From: Phyllosticta citribraziliensis | Lineage: Eukaryota | Direction of reading: 5' to 3' | NCBI RefSeq assembly: GCF_038025025.1 | Contig: NW_027117348.1 | Coordinates: forward strand, 62,001-126,000 | DNA: 64,000 nucleotides | In this document: piece after piece, positions 37,498 to 48,765 of the stretch | Layout: every line of letters starts with the position of its first letter | Numbering within the stretch: position 1 is the first letter of the stretch | Notes under the pieces: generated by a model | What the model saw: the letters and a program-made list of their open reading frames with translations, nothing else | Database searches by the model: none | What the model was told of the DNA's origin: nothing | Made by a program: the position numbers and the translations under genes

Positions 37498-39036
37498 TCA
37501 GAGGTATTCGACCGCGTCGATCCGTGGGTTGTCCACGTTCACCTCGATCCTGGTCGGCCTATGGTCCTCGTCCGTGATGAACCTTGCCGGGTGCACGTCT
37601 GGGCCCTCGTGGACTACATGGAGAGGCAGCACCACTTCCTCTTCCGCCCGATTGTAGACTTTCTGCCTGTTGACGAGCGGTTCTTTCCAGTGGTCCCACT
37701 GCTCGAACCAGCTGGCCGGTCGTTCTGTTGACCAATCCGCAACTGGAACGTCGGTCAACTTGAGCACCATCTTGTTCTCGCCTCGGAGGATTTCGACCAT
37801 CGAGTCTCGCCGGATCTTGATCCTCTGGAGGTTGGGGACTTTGGCAGCTATGATGGCAGCAGGGACAATGTCGACCAAAGCGAATTGTCTGTCTGCCGGG
37901 TCGCCTTCCTCCTCCCAGGCATCGTTCGCTCCAAGCCCGAGAGTCAGGCTGCCAAGCCACGGAATTTGCAACTCGACCAAGCCTTTCTGAGAGAGGGCCA
38001 TGTTGATGATTCCACCGAGGGGCATGTGGAGCTGGTCTTCGTCGATTGTGTCGGACATGCTTCGGGGTGCCTCTCCGGTGATGGCCAAAGTCTCCAAGGA
38101 CAAGTTGGGGATTCGAAACATGGCGGGATCGTGAACTGTTGGATAGAGTCAGATGAGATCTGTGAGAGACATTTCTTGCTTTACTTACAGTCCCTCCTCC
38201 TGTACGGGTCGAAGTCCGCGACCGTGAGCTCAAGGGTCTTCAGCTTTTGGCGGTTCCGGCAGGCGTCGAGGAACTCGCGTACGTGCGACATGGGGTATAT
38301 GCGAGGATCTTGTTCAACCCCCGAGAACGCTTTGTTTGACAAGCGTTGGATGTTGGGCATATATTTCAGCAAAAAGGTCATCTCAATGCTGATGGTGACC
38401 TCGGTCAGGGTGCTGAAGTCGATCGGCGGTAGCACTTCCATCGCGTCCTCCATGTAGTTGGCGAGTTTTGTATCCCCGTCGATGTGCAGGCGCCGAAGTG
38501 ATCGCGGGGCCTGAAGCAGCTTGATGATGCCATTGGAGATCCACACGTCGCTGAGATAGCCACGGGTCCAGAACTGGTGGATTGCCAAAGAGCTATTGCT
38601 TCTCGTCAGTTCAAGCTCGCTTCTACCTGGATTCGAGGACGTACCTGGTGCCGGCAAAGAGATGAACCGGCGGGCGACAGAAGATGTTCATGACTTCCTC
38701 GGAAATCGCGTAGGGTCTGCCTTGGGCGAGGGGAGAAAACCGTTGTTGGACGTCCCGGTAGGTCCTGTCTCCTCCCTGGCGCTTGAGAAGGAAGACGGTC
38801 CTGAATATGCGACCTTTGATCAAGGATCGCAGACTCTTGTTGACCTGGGAGAGCGACATGAGTGCCCTGACTGGCAAAGGGAATGTATAGTCCGTTGCCG
38901 TGGCTTCTTCAATGTCGCATTCGACGACCTGGTCGATGACGACTTTCAGAATGACGTCGGGAAGATCCAGGAGCCTGAACGGATGCTGCTGGCGGGCTGG
39001 AACTTCCGAGATGGTGGGCGCAGAGTGAGACGACAT
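37498..39036 (-). CDS. F-box array copy E, 3 exons; introns 38593-38644 and 38136-38188
   Basis: PFRLLDLPDVILKVVI..LSQVNKSLR; SLAIHQFW; DIVPAAIIAAKVP; WDHWKEP. Confidence 0.87.
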
Positions 39037-39060
39037 GGTGTATACGGTGGGATGTCGGTA

Positions 39061-39157
39061 TGAGGGAAGCGGAGTAGAGTGGAACGATTTCGTTGTGAAG
39101 GAAGCGGAGTAGAGTTGAACGATGTCGTGATGAAGAAATCGGAGCGGAGTGGAATCG
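39061..39157. repeat. 35-bp tandem repeat x~2.7 in the 5' leader of copy E
   Basis: Units 39061-39095, 39096-39130 and 39131-39157, core GAAGCGGAGTAGAGT(G/T)GAACGAT. Confidence 0.8.
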
Positions 39158-39241
39158 CAAGGTCGAGTTCCAGGTCGGAGTGGTTGTTGATGTCGGAGCC
39201 AGTGCACGTGCCGGAGCGAGGAATCGGGCGGTGCGCCGGGC

Positions 39242-39279
39242 AGACACAATGTTAACACCAAGACACAGTGTTAACACCA
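39242..39279. repeat. 19-bp tandem duplication AGACACA(A/G)TGTTAACACCA containing the TGTTAACA palindrome
   Basis: Two units, one mismatch. Confidence 0.85.
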
Positions 39280-39759
39280 CAACAGCGCCGAAGTGTTATT
39301 CTGGTTGCGAGGCTCGCTTCCATCAAGAAGACTTCCCAATACTGCGACCGATGCTCCACAGCCAGCTCTACAGGAAGACCCTGAAGCTGAATCATCTTGC
39401 CGGAGCTTCCTACTGACGAGATGAGAAACGACACCAATTCAAATATATTCGAGGAGCTTCTCCTCCTCCTATACGTGACAAAAGGCCTGAATCGAGGGGT
39501 TCAACCTCCTTTCGGCTGTCGAATATCACTGACTAGTTGGCGTGGTTGCTTATGCAAAGAACAACATCCAAGAAGATCACGAAAGCCTTAAAGAATGGCA
39601 TTGAAAGCAAGTGTTCTGTTTTCGAAGGAGGCTAAAGACTTCATACCCCTTTCCCATTACCGCAAAGCATCCACCCATTAGGCCATCATCAGTGAAGAAA
39701 AGAAAGCAAAAGGAGCAAGCCGCCGGGGTCGTCCGAGCATCATGAAAAAAAAGAGGTCT

Positions 39760-41354
39760 CTACGGCGCTAGGTCGACCACCTCGATGAAAGGATTCAGAA
39801 TGTTGACCACGACTGTCTGTGGCACTTCCTCATCATCCTTCTCAATGTACGCAGCCGCGTCGCCCTCGACGTGATCGACGCAGAGGACGACCTCTACCGA
39901 AAAGTCCGAAACGGCCTCCTTATCGACGCGCTCGTGGTGGTGGACAAGCGGTTCCTTCCAAGCGTCCCACCGGTGAGTCCAGAGGTGGGACGTCTCATCG
40001 TGGTAGTAGCTCCAATAGCTCCTCCCGGACCGAGGCGTGTAGGCCTTGTTCCTGGTCAGTCGCAGGCGCGTCGTGCCCGAGGCCTTGCGAGTGATGTCGA
40101 CAGTGGCATGCGGTCCGACGAACACTCGCTTGATGTTGCGGACTTTGGCGGCAACGACTGCGGCCGGCAACAGATCGGTGAGCTCGTGCTCCCACTTCCA
40201 GTGGATATCGGTGTCAATGTTTCCGAGTGCGATATCTTCGGGCTCGGGGATTTGGTACTCCTCGAGCGCGGGCTGGGAGCGGGCCATTCGCAAGACCAGG
40301 CCCATGGTGACTTGCCCGTCGGCATCGACATAGAAGTCGTCGAAGCTTGGGACTGACTCTCTGATAAAGGACAGTTTCGTCAACGCCATGGGTGGAAGGA
40401 CGCCTGTTTGACCGTGTTAGTATTGGCAATTCAAAGAAGTGGGTAGAACTGCGCAACATACTTGCGGCCATGACGCTGTCTCGCCTTTCGTCGTATTGGA
40501 AGTTCCGGATCGTCAGCTCCATGGTCCGGAGCTTTGGCAGAGACGAGCACATGTCGAAAAAGTGGTTTACTTGTGCTGTCGTATACGCGCGCAACCAGTC
40601 GCTGCTTTCACCCGTCGTACGGCCCATGAGCGTCTTGTTTGATAGGCGCGTGACGTTGTGTGTATACTTCAGAATAAAGGCAAATTCGACGCTGATGATG
40701 ATCTCCTCAACGTTTGCCAGAGCTACTCTTGCCGCTGGCATGAGCTCCAACTCGTGCTCCAAGGCCGTGGCGAATGCGTGCTCACCATCAAGATGAAGCC
40801 GACGGAGCCTCTCAGGCGCTTGCATGATGGTACGTAAGCCTGTGGCAATCATGCGCAGAGCCCAAGCCTCGTCGGCGGGGAGGCAGCCATTTGCGTGCCA
40901 AAACTGGTGGAAGGCCACAGACCTGTTGCCCAAGTTAGTAAGAATCGTTTCGAATTAGGGGCGGCGGAGCCACTGACCTGGTCTTCCTCAGGTGGTGCAG
41001 ATCAGGCTGCCCGAAAAACTCCAAGATCTCCGGCGAGTCGACGGCCAGGTTGCGCTGGGCAAGCGGAACGTAATTCTCGCAGACATGCTCGAGAGGCCTG
41101 TCCATCTTCCTCATGATGCTGACCGTCCTGAAGACTGACTCGTCGCAAAGCTGTCGGAACTTGTGGTTGGTCTGGCGGAGGGGAAAGACACTCCGGTTGG
41201 ACGGCTGAGTCCTGTTGTCTCCGACGGCGTCGTCGATATCGCCTTCCTCCACGTGGCGGACGATGCGAAGGAGGAGCTCGTCGGGGAGCTTGAAAATGAC
41301 GCAAGACGCGGTTCCGTTGCGGGCCATGGTAGCAGTGGCAGAGGTAGTGGACAT
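39760..41354 (-). CDS. F-box array copy F, 3 exons; introns 40923-40977 and 40404-40461
   Basis: IFKLPDELLLRIV..LRQTNHKFR; SVAFHQFW; DLLPAAVVAAKV; WDAWKEP. Confidence 0.87.
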
Positions 41355-41562
41355 TTTGGAGCGATTGATGTCGGTATAGAGCAGATAGTGAGGGGGTTGA
41401 TGTATAGGCAGCGGAAGACGGTTGGTGGTGTATACGGAGTGATGGATGGAAAGCTGAAAGTTGATCGGGATGATGGTTTTTGAGAGGGAAAAAGTGGTTG
41501 ATAGCGAGGTTTGAAGGCGGTATATTCCTGCAAGGTTGTGGCAGAAGAAATTTTGGCAAACT

Positions 41563-41625
41563 CGGCTCCGGTGCTGTCAGTCGTGCAGTGCGATGGGCGC
41601 CCGCAAGTGCACCCTGGCACGTGAC
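41563..41625. promoter_or_regulatory. Upstream module of copy F with both motifs inverted (CGGCTCCGGTGCTGT 41563-41577; GGCACGTGAC 41616-41625)
   Basis: Exact reverse complements of the A/B motifs, in the same order relative to the gene. Confidence 0.7.
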
Positions 41626-42312
41626 GACAAAACTGCCATGCCGTGGACCGGACTGCACAATAACAGGCTGACTAACAATATACTGACCTGAGCTGAACTC
41701 AAGGTCTCTCCTATCTGGATTCCTGGAAATGGAGGTAAAGTTCAGGGAGAATTGACCCCTTTTGTATCTAAAAGAGAAGGTATACCGCCGCCTTCAAAAG
41801 CAAAGTCCATTGCTGAACCCAAAGGTTTTCATCTGCAATCATGGATTGGAAGGAAGAAGCCTAGCATCTGAAGATCCAACCAAGAGACAACCATCAACGC
41901 CTTAAACGCCATGGCGCACTCTGCTCGCACTGTGGGCAGCCTGGAATCTGGTGGCTATTGTTTGTAGACGACGCGGCGCGGGAGCTGCCGAAGCACGCGA
42001 TCATGTGTGGGAGTTTGGTCCGTTGCTGGGACAATTGAGCTGCTAAGACGGCTTGAGGACGCGGATGGATGGGTGGTGCGGCTCGAGGAGTTCGATGGTT
42101 GACCGCGTCCACGGCCGCCGCGGGTGGCTGGTCTCGTCGGGGACGGTATCATCGTTGGTGTCGGCGGGCAACTGTCGACGCTCTTGGCGTCGCGTCGCTC
42201 TGACGAGCTTCAGGAGGCTGCACATAATTAGACTGGGGGAGTCAGTATTTTAAAAGAGGAGCCAATAATCTAGCAGTCTTCTCCGACAGGAGGTGAGGTC
42301 CCGCCCGGCAAG

Positions 42313-42402
42313 TGGCTCAATGATGAGAAGGAATCCGGTGTCGTATGTTGCTACCAGAGTTGCGAACGTGGCAACATCTTGTAGCGGTTGGTAGTCCTTG
42401 AT
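42313..42402 (-). pseudogene. Captured ~90-bp fragment of a RAD3/XPD helicase gene
   Basis: IKDYQPLQDVATFATLVATYDTGFLLIIEP closely matches the recalled fungal Rad3/Rad15 segment (IEDYQPLQEVATFATLVATYEKGFLLILEP); flanks are unrelated. Confidence 0.7.
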
Positions 42403-42552
42403 ACATAGAATAAAGTCACAAAGGCCCTTCGTGAGCGACATGAAGAGTAGGGTTGAGACTGCTGAACGCTATGTACTTGGGGCTGAAAACAGTCTGCAAA
42501 TTGAATGTGCCCCCCTGAATCCCGAGTGCCGTCGAGACGTTCCGTTTTGGTA

Positions 42553-43736
42553 TCATGGAATGTCCCCTTCGTCGCGCATCTCGATCAGCTCATGGTTCAT
42601 GTTTACCACGACTGCAGTGTGCTTCCACCTCCCATCCGTGTCCATGGCCATCTCGATGAAAGCAGGGTACTGGAAGTTGCCGTAGTAATTGATGTGGAGG
42701 GGGAGCTCGGCCCAGATTTCGCGTCTCGCGGTCCAGTGCCGATTGCGAGCAACCACCGGTTCCTTCCAGCTGTCCCATTTGTGGATCCAAAGGTCGCTTC
42801 CAAAGGGCTGGTAGGGGAAGCCAGGCCGAGGTCGGGGTCTTTGGCTGCGACGTGTTTCTGGCTCCAAGTTGTCGCTCATCATCCGCAGATGCCTCATGCC
42901 CAGTCCATCATGAAGGACATCGACGGTGACATTCTTTCCCACGTGTATGCTTCGTAGATTCGGTACTTTGGCCGCAATTATTGCCGCGGGCAGCATATCC
43001 ACGATTTGGCCTGACGGCGGCCATTCGATCTCAACTTCAAACGCCCCAATCATGACCAGATCCGTCTCCGGGATTCTGAATTCACGCAAGTTTGGTTGGG
43101 AGCGGGCCATGTTCAGAAGCACACCCAGCGGAATCGGGTCTCCAAAGCCACGGTCAACCTGGTAGTCTTCGCAGCTTTGGACGACTTCCCTTGCGACGGC
43201 TAGTTTTTGCAGCCCCATGGTGGGGAGGACAGCTACTCACGTGCGTCAGCCTCAGAGTTACGAATGTCTCAGTCGTTCTGAACAACATACCTCGAGAGAA
43301 GGCGGGACCCTTGAACGAATCAATGTTCAGCTCCATCTCTATGAGCCGCGGCAAGCGAGAACAGAGCCCAAAGAACCTTGTAACTTGCTTCATCGAGTAT
43401 CTACGCAAAACATCACTGCTGGCACCTGTGGTGCGGCTCATAAGCGTGTTGTTCGATAGACGCGAGACGTTGGGCGTGTACTGCAGCATGAAGTCAAACT
43501 CAATGCTGAAAACAATCTCATCGAGGTTGGCCAGTGCTGCCCGAGCCGCCGGGGAGGATTGCAGCTCACGCCTCATGTACTGAGCGAAGTACTTCTCTCC
43601 GTCGATGTGCAGACGTCGAAGTTTCTTCGGTGCTTCAATCATCAGGCGGAGACCCTTGGCAATCATCTTCATGGCGCAGGTGTCCTCGAGACGGGTGCAG
43701 CCGAACGTGTGCCAGAATTTGTGGAAAGACAGGTTC
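42553..43736 (-). pseudogene. F-box array copy G: intact exons 2-3 (intron 43233-43290) but no F-box exon 1
   Basis: NLSFHKFW..LRRLHIDG..DMLPAAIIAAKVP..WDSWKEP; upstream of the intron-1-like stretch (43737-43782) the frame hits TGA within 7 codons; first ATG at 43672. Confidence 0.7.
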
Positions 43737-44172
43737 CTAGAGAAATTAGTTGAATTCCGTTCCTTGGACAGTCCAATCTTACGTGGTGCTTCGAGCAGTC
43801 CAAATTCACCACGAAACGCAGCCCCAGATCTTGTTCACGTGAGGAGTTTGAAGACTCCGTTTTCTCTTCGTGGCCTTGCGGGAAGTTGAACGAGTCTTCT
43901 GAAAGGATGCCGTGGTCGTATTGGTCGAGCCACTGCTGCTTCTCGTTGGGTTGGCTGGGTTCGTGATGACTTCACAGGTTGTTAAACAGGCTGCGCAGGA
44001 CTCTTGCGCTTGATCTTGGACTGACTGGATGGAGTGTTGCGCTCATCGGCTTCGCGGCCTGCAGAGACAGTCAGTGCATGGCTTTCTCTTGCTCGCACGG
44101 GTGAACTTACGAAGCTGAGCAGCATCGGGCGGGATGTTCTCCTCTGATGGATGCGTGGGCGTCTTCCAACGG

Positions 44173-44295
44173 CTACTCTTTGATGCGGGGGAACTTGGTG
44201 GCAATTGCGCCGGCTGGGAGCATGTCGACATTTCGAGTAAGCCACCTCCAGTTGTCCGTATCGTGGGGCGTTCCAAGGTAGATTCCTTCGGGCCT
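44173..44295 (-). pseudogene. Orphan exon-3 remnant of another array copy
   Basis: RPEGIYLG..DTDNWRW..VDMLPAGAIATKFPRIK aligns by eye with exon 3 of F (EPEDIALGNIDTDIHWKW..DLLPAAVVAAKVRNIK). Confidence 0.65.
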
Positions 44296-44372
44296 TGAAG
44301 TGAGAAAGGTTTCATTACTGTACCAAAAACCTCTCTGGGACTGTGAAAAAGAAAGGAGAATGTCGCCCCGTC

Positions 44373-45865
44373 TCAACTACCAAATTTTCGAATGATGGGG
44401 GAATGCAGATCCACGATGACTGCGAAGGGTCTGCCGAATTTCGTCCAGTCAATCCACACCGTTCTCTCCTCGTCGTCGCCGTAAGCAAATTCAAGGTCTA
44501 AGAAAATCTCCGACGGGACGGCGCACTGCAGCTGCGCGTAGACCAATGGCTCTTTCCAAGAGTCCCACTCGTCCTGCAAGCAAATCGGCTTCACCACCTC
44601 TAGTGGCAATTCTATCTGGTCCGCAGGCACGAAATAGGTGCTGTGCTTGAAACCAATGGTCTTCCCCTTGACCTTGACCACGTCGAATATCGAGGTGCGC
44701 CCGACGTGTATACGCTGGATCTTTGGTGCTACAACGGCGATGATGGCAGCAGGGAGTATATCACTGCGCTCGTCGACTTGTTCCACGTATTCGGCGAAAT
44801 CCATCTCGACGCGCTCAGGAAGGGGAATCCGGATCTCAACCAGGTGAGGCTGCTTCTGGATGCATCGTAAAATGTCTTCCAAGGGGACAGACTCCGACGC
44901 ATTTAGCGGCGAGTGTTCGCTTCGTACTGTATCGCTGCTGATGGTGAGGGTCTCCAGAGACATTCTTGGGAGGTGAACTGCGAACGAATTAGCGGAGACG
45001 GTCAGATACTCACGCACGACTTACATCTGGAGTGGCCTTGAAAATCGACAGCGGTGAGCTCCATGTTCTTTAGCTTGGGCAGGCTCTGACAGACGGCAAA
45101 AAATTGAGAGACCTGTTCTTCGTTGTAGAAGCGTTGCCGGTAGTTGAGTCCGCTTCCCGAGTACGGTTTGTTGGAAAGTCGCTCGACATTCGGGGTGTAC
45201 TGGAGCAAAAAGCACATCTCTAGGCTGAGAACAATCTCTTTCACGTTGGCCAGATTGACCGGCCGCCTGTTCATCTCGGACTCGAGAGATATAGCCAAGC
45301 TCCAGCCTCCGTCAATGTGCAGACACCGGAGCATGTTCGAGCTGTCCATGATCGACATCAAAGTCCTCGGAATCCAGATGAAGTCGTTTGGAGTAAACTG
45401 CCAAAACTGGTGGACGGCGAAGCACCTGTCGCAATAATCAGTGAGCTGAAGCTTTTCCAGCAAGGGTCCGTGATGAACTCACTCGAGTCTCGAAAAAAGA
45501 TGCAGAGGAGCATTTCCGAAACGCTCATGGAACGGGGCGATGTGCGGCATCGGATTTCCCTGAGAAATCCCAGAATAGAACTGGAAAAGGCCCTGGTTGC
45601 GGCCTTCGCTCTTCCTCAGAAGGCTGAGCGTCTTGAACATCCTCTCCACGCAGACAGAGCGAAGGCGCTTGTTAACCAGGGAGAGCGCCATCAAGGTCCT
45701 CTTTGGCCGTCGTCCGCGGCGCTGAATTGTGTCGTCCGTGTCGGCGTTGGCAACTTCGTCGGCTACTTTGAGCAAGATCTCGTTGGGGAGTTTGAGGATT
45801 GGGAACACCGGGTATCGCGTCGTTTTCGAGGAGAATGGCTTTTCGGAAGGAGCTTGGAACGACAT
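44373..45865 (-). CDS. F-box array copy H, 3 exons; introns 45426-45482 and 44978-45024
   Basis: FPILKLPNEILLKVA..LSLVNKRLR; CFAVHQFW; DILPAAIIA; WDSWKEP. Confidence 0.87.
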
Positions 45866-47291
45866 TGTTGCGGTAGAATTTGTCGTGAGAAGAGGGTTGC
45901 AGAGTAGAAGTTGTGTTGTGGCCGAGATGTTTTGGTCAGAGGCCAGCGTTGGACACGAGACTTGGCACTACAGGCGCACACATCTCAAAATAACACTTCG
46001 AGTGTCAATTCGACGCCTTCCGTACGTACTGCCGGTACCGATTTAGCAGCCCGGAGAGGACTGTCCACAAAATTAGTCCGGGCGCTTTTCACTGTTACGC
46101 CCTCGACATACTGGTACCCTTTCCTTGCCATCCAACCATCTCAGTCCGTTTGGCATCAATTTGGACCCCAAGATTCCGCCTTTGGTCACAGCTTGCTGAC
46201 TTCGACCTCTCAGGACTCACAAGACGCGCTCTGATCGACCTCGGCCTCCTCGCAAACCCGCGTCCGGACTTCTGTGGTATTCCATTACAAGGAGCAAAAG
46301 AAGACGTCCTAATTGAGCTGATGGATCGCAGACTTGCCCTGGTCGGGAATGATATGTGCGGTAGTGGAGGAAATATACAAACAGCATTGTAGTCGAAGGA
46401 GTCTCGCGAATTCGTCAAGTCAACGTGCGACGCAATTTTGGACAGGGGAGACACCCAAAAGCAACATTATATATGGCCAGCATGCAGTCGAAGGAATAAG
46501 AGAAGATTTCGGCCAAGCTTTTACGCGGCAAGATCTTGCAAATATACGGAAGACCGAAAATGCAATTAAAGCAAAGGTTCATGGTCTTTTCAATAAATCC
46601 ACGCCGGTCCAGCAATCTTTTTGCAGTTATCAAGAAAAACTCCTCCCACATCAAAAGAACAGCAAAGCCAAATAATCCAGGGAACATACAGCTAACGAAA
46701 CCACAGAACATCTTCAGCAACACACCAACAGCCGCTCTACACAAGCCGAGAATCCAGAGCCAAGTCTCGCCCCGCAAAGAAGTAGATTTGAGCCACTTGG
46801 AAGATTCAAAAATCGTCACGACAATACGGAATCAAGCAGCCCAGCCTTCGAAGCTTCGAAGGCTCAACTGTACTCGACTCCGTATTGTGGCAGAGGTGCC
46901 TTTTTCTTCCTCGGTCAAAAACGCCATCGCGCTCCCCAGAGAGCAGCAAACACCATTAATGAAAAAAGAAAAGAGCGCAGACAGCAATAAGGACAGCAGA
47001 CCAATTCCCAGCACGCTACACCACGCAGTTCGACCGAAACAAAACGAAGAGAAGCGGGATTAGGCGAACGACGCGAAGGTCGATGGAAAGTTGGGGTGCT
47101 GACGCCGGTCCTGATGCTTGATATGCTCGACATGCCTCGCTTTTCCTCCAGTCGAGCGCCGCATTCGCTCTCTCCCTGCCCTCCCTCCAACCCACCACCA
47201 CAACCACCACACCCCATCCCCCTCCTCATCAAAACAACACCTCCCTCCCAATCAAAAAGTCAAAACAAAGAGGCAGCAAAACAAAACAAAA

Positions 47292-47394
47292 TGCCCACTC
47301 TCGGAATCGAACCGAGGATCTTCTCATGACCGTAGGAAGTCTGCGATGCAGACGTGTATACGAGTGAGACGCTGTACCACTAAGCCAAGCGGGC
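47292..47394 (-). tRNA. tRNA-Thr(CGT) with 31-nt intron (47328-47358)
   Basis: Acceptor GCCCGCT/AGTGGGC, anticodon stem TCTCA/TGAGA, T-loop TTCGATT, downstream TTTT terminator. Confidence 0.93.
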
Positions 47395-47889
47395 TAACTG
47401 AAAATTTCGCCACTAGACAAGCTTAAGAAGATAGCGCGGCATTGTTCGCGAGAGCGGCGGTGGGAGGGGATTTCAGGGGTTTAGGGACATGGGAAGGGGG
47501 AGGAAAAAGGGAGGGTGGGTTGGATGTGGAGATGGAGGAGGTGGAGCAAGGGGCAGGTGTGTGTGGGGAAAGGGATGGAATGGAAAGGTGGCTGCGGCGG
47601 GCGGGCGTCGTACAACAGCAGACCTCGAGCAGAAGATGCGGCGTTGCAGCAACGTGCTACGGGCATCCCCACGTTGAACCACAACACCACCCACAACTGC
47701 GCCGCCAGTTCCATGCTCTTCCTCTTCTCCTCTTCTCTCCTTTGGTCGTTGAGCGCCGCAGAACCCGCCTCTCCCAATCTTCCCACACCCCAACAAAACA
47801 GCTCCCCACCAACGAACAGGGGGCCAAAAGAAGGTCGATCTCGACGAAGAAGCCAAACGCGCACGGGCGCAGCGCTGGAGCAAAAGAGC

Positions 47890-47982
47890 TGGATACTGTG
47901 GGAATTGAACCCACGACCTTTCACATACTCAACGTACGATAAATGTTGCGAAGCGAAAATCATACCCCTAGACCAAGTACCC
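47890..47982 (-). tRNA. tRNA-Ala(CGC) with ~21-nt intron
   Basis: Acceptor GGGTACT/AGTATCC with the G3:U70 Ala identity pair, stem TTCGC/GTGAA, T-loop TTCAATT, TTTT downstream. Confidence 0.93.
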
Positions 47983-48765
47983 TAACCTGATTATGTCAGA
48001 CGGCTGGCTTGCAGCAGCTATGTCTGTGTGAAGCTGGGGGTAGGAAGGGAGGGAGACGAGGAGGGGAGAGGGAGGTGGGGGGGAGGGCAAGGGGATGGAT
48101 GAGATTCTAGAATGGGGGGATTTTGCTCGGTTTGGGTGCGGTGGGGCGGCGGAATTCCGGTGGGGCGTGCGTGTGCGGAACGACGGGAATGACGGCACAA
48201 GAGAGCGGGCGGAGACGCGACTGAGGGAGGAGGGTTTCAGTATGACAGAAAGAGGTCGAAAGAGTAGAAGAAGGCTTTTGATACTTGTATCTGGGACCTG
48301 GGAGCAGAGTGTGGGACAGCGCAGCTTTGCGTGAGTGTTGTGCAAAGCGGCGACGGTTGGTTCGGCAAACGACAAGCAAGACGCGCGGGAACTGCACAAG
48401 TCAACGGGAATCAAGGACTTTGTTCTCGAAGCTTCGACGTACGGTAGGCAAAGAAGGCCATAGGGGCCCTCTGCAACGGCGGCGTGCATGGTGTAGCGGC
48501 CGGGGCCGGATGCAGGCCAGGATCCATGCAGCGCACAGGATTCCTGCCGTTGGCGGTTAGACGCCCTTGGCGACCGGGTATGCGCGTGAGGATGACGTAG
48601 AGAGAGACGACTTGGGAGCATGAGAAGGAAAAAGTTGAAAAGTGTTGGATTCGGTCGCCTGTGTTGAAGTTTGGGCATGGACGAACCCAGAGAAAGCTGC
48701 CCAATTTGCCGCCTGCGATCCCGCTCTTTGCAAGTATCTCGCAGAATGCATCGCACATGCCACGG

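Noticed and set aside
39061..39157. CRISPR-like repeat
   Set aside because: Contiguous tandem units with no spacers, in a eukaryotic context
46095..47063. Overlapping + strand ORFs that might be a frameshifted gene
   Set aside because: Cannot assign homology; would need blastx
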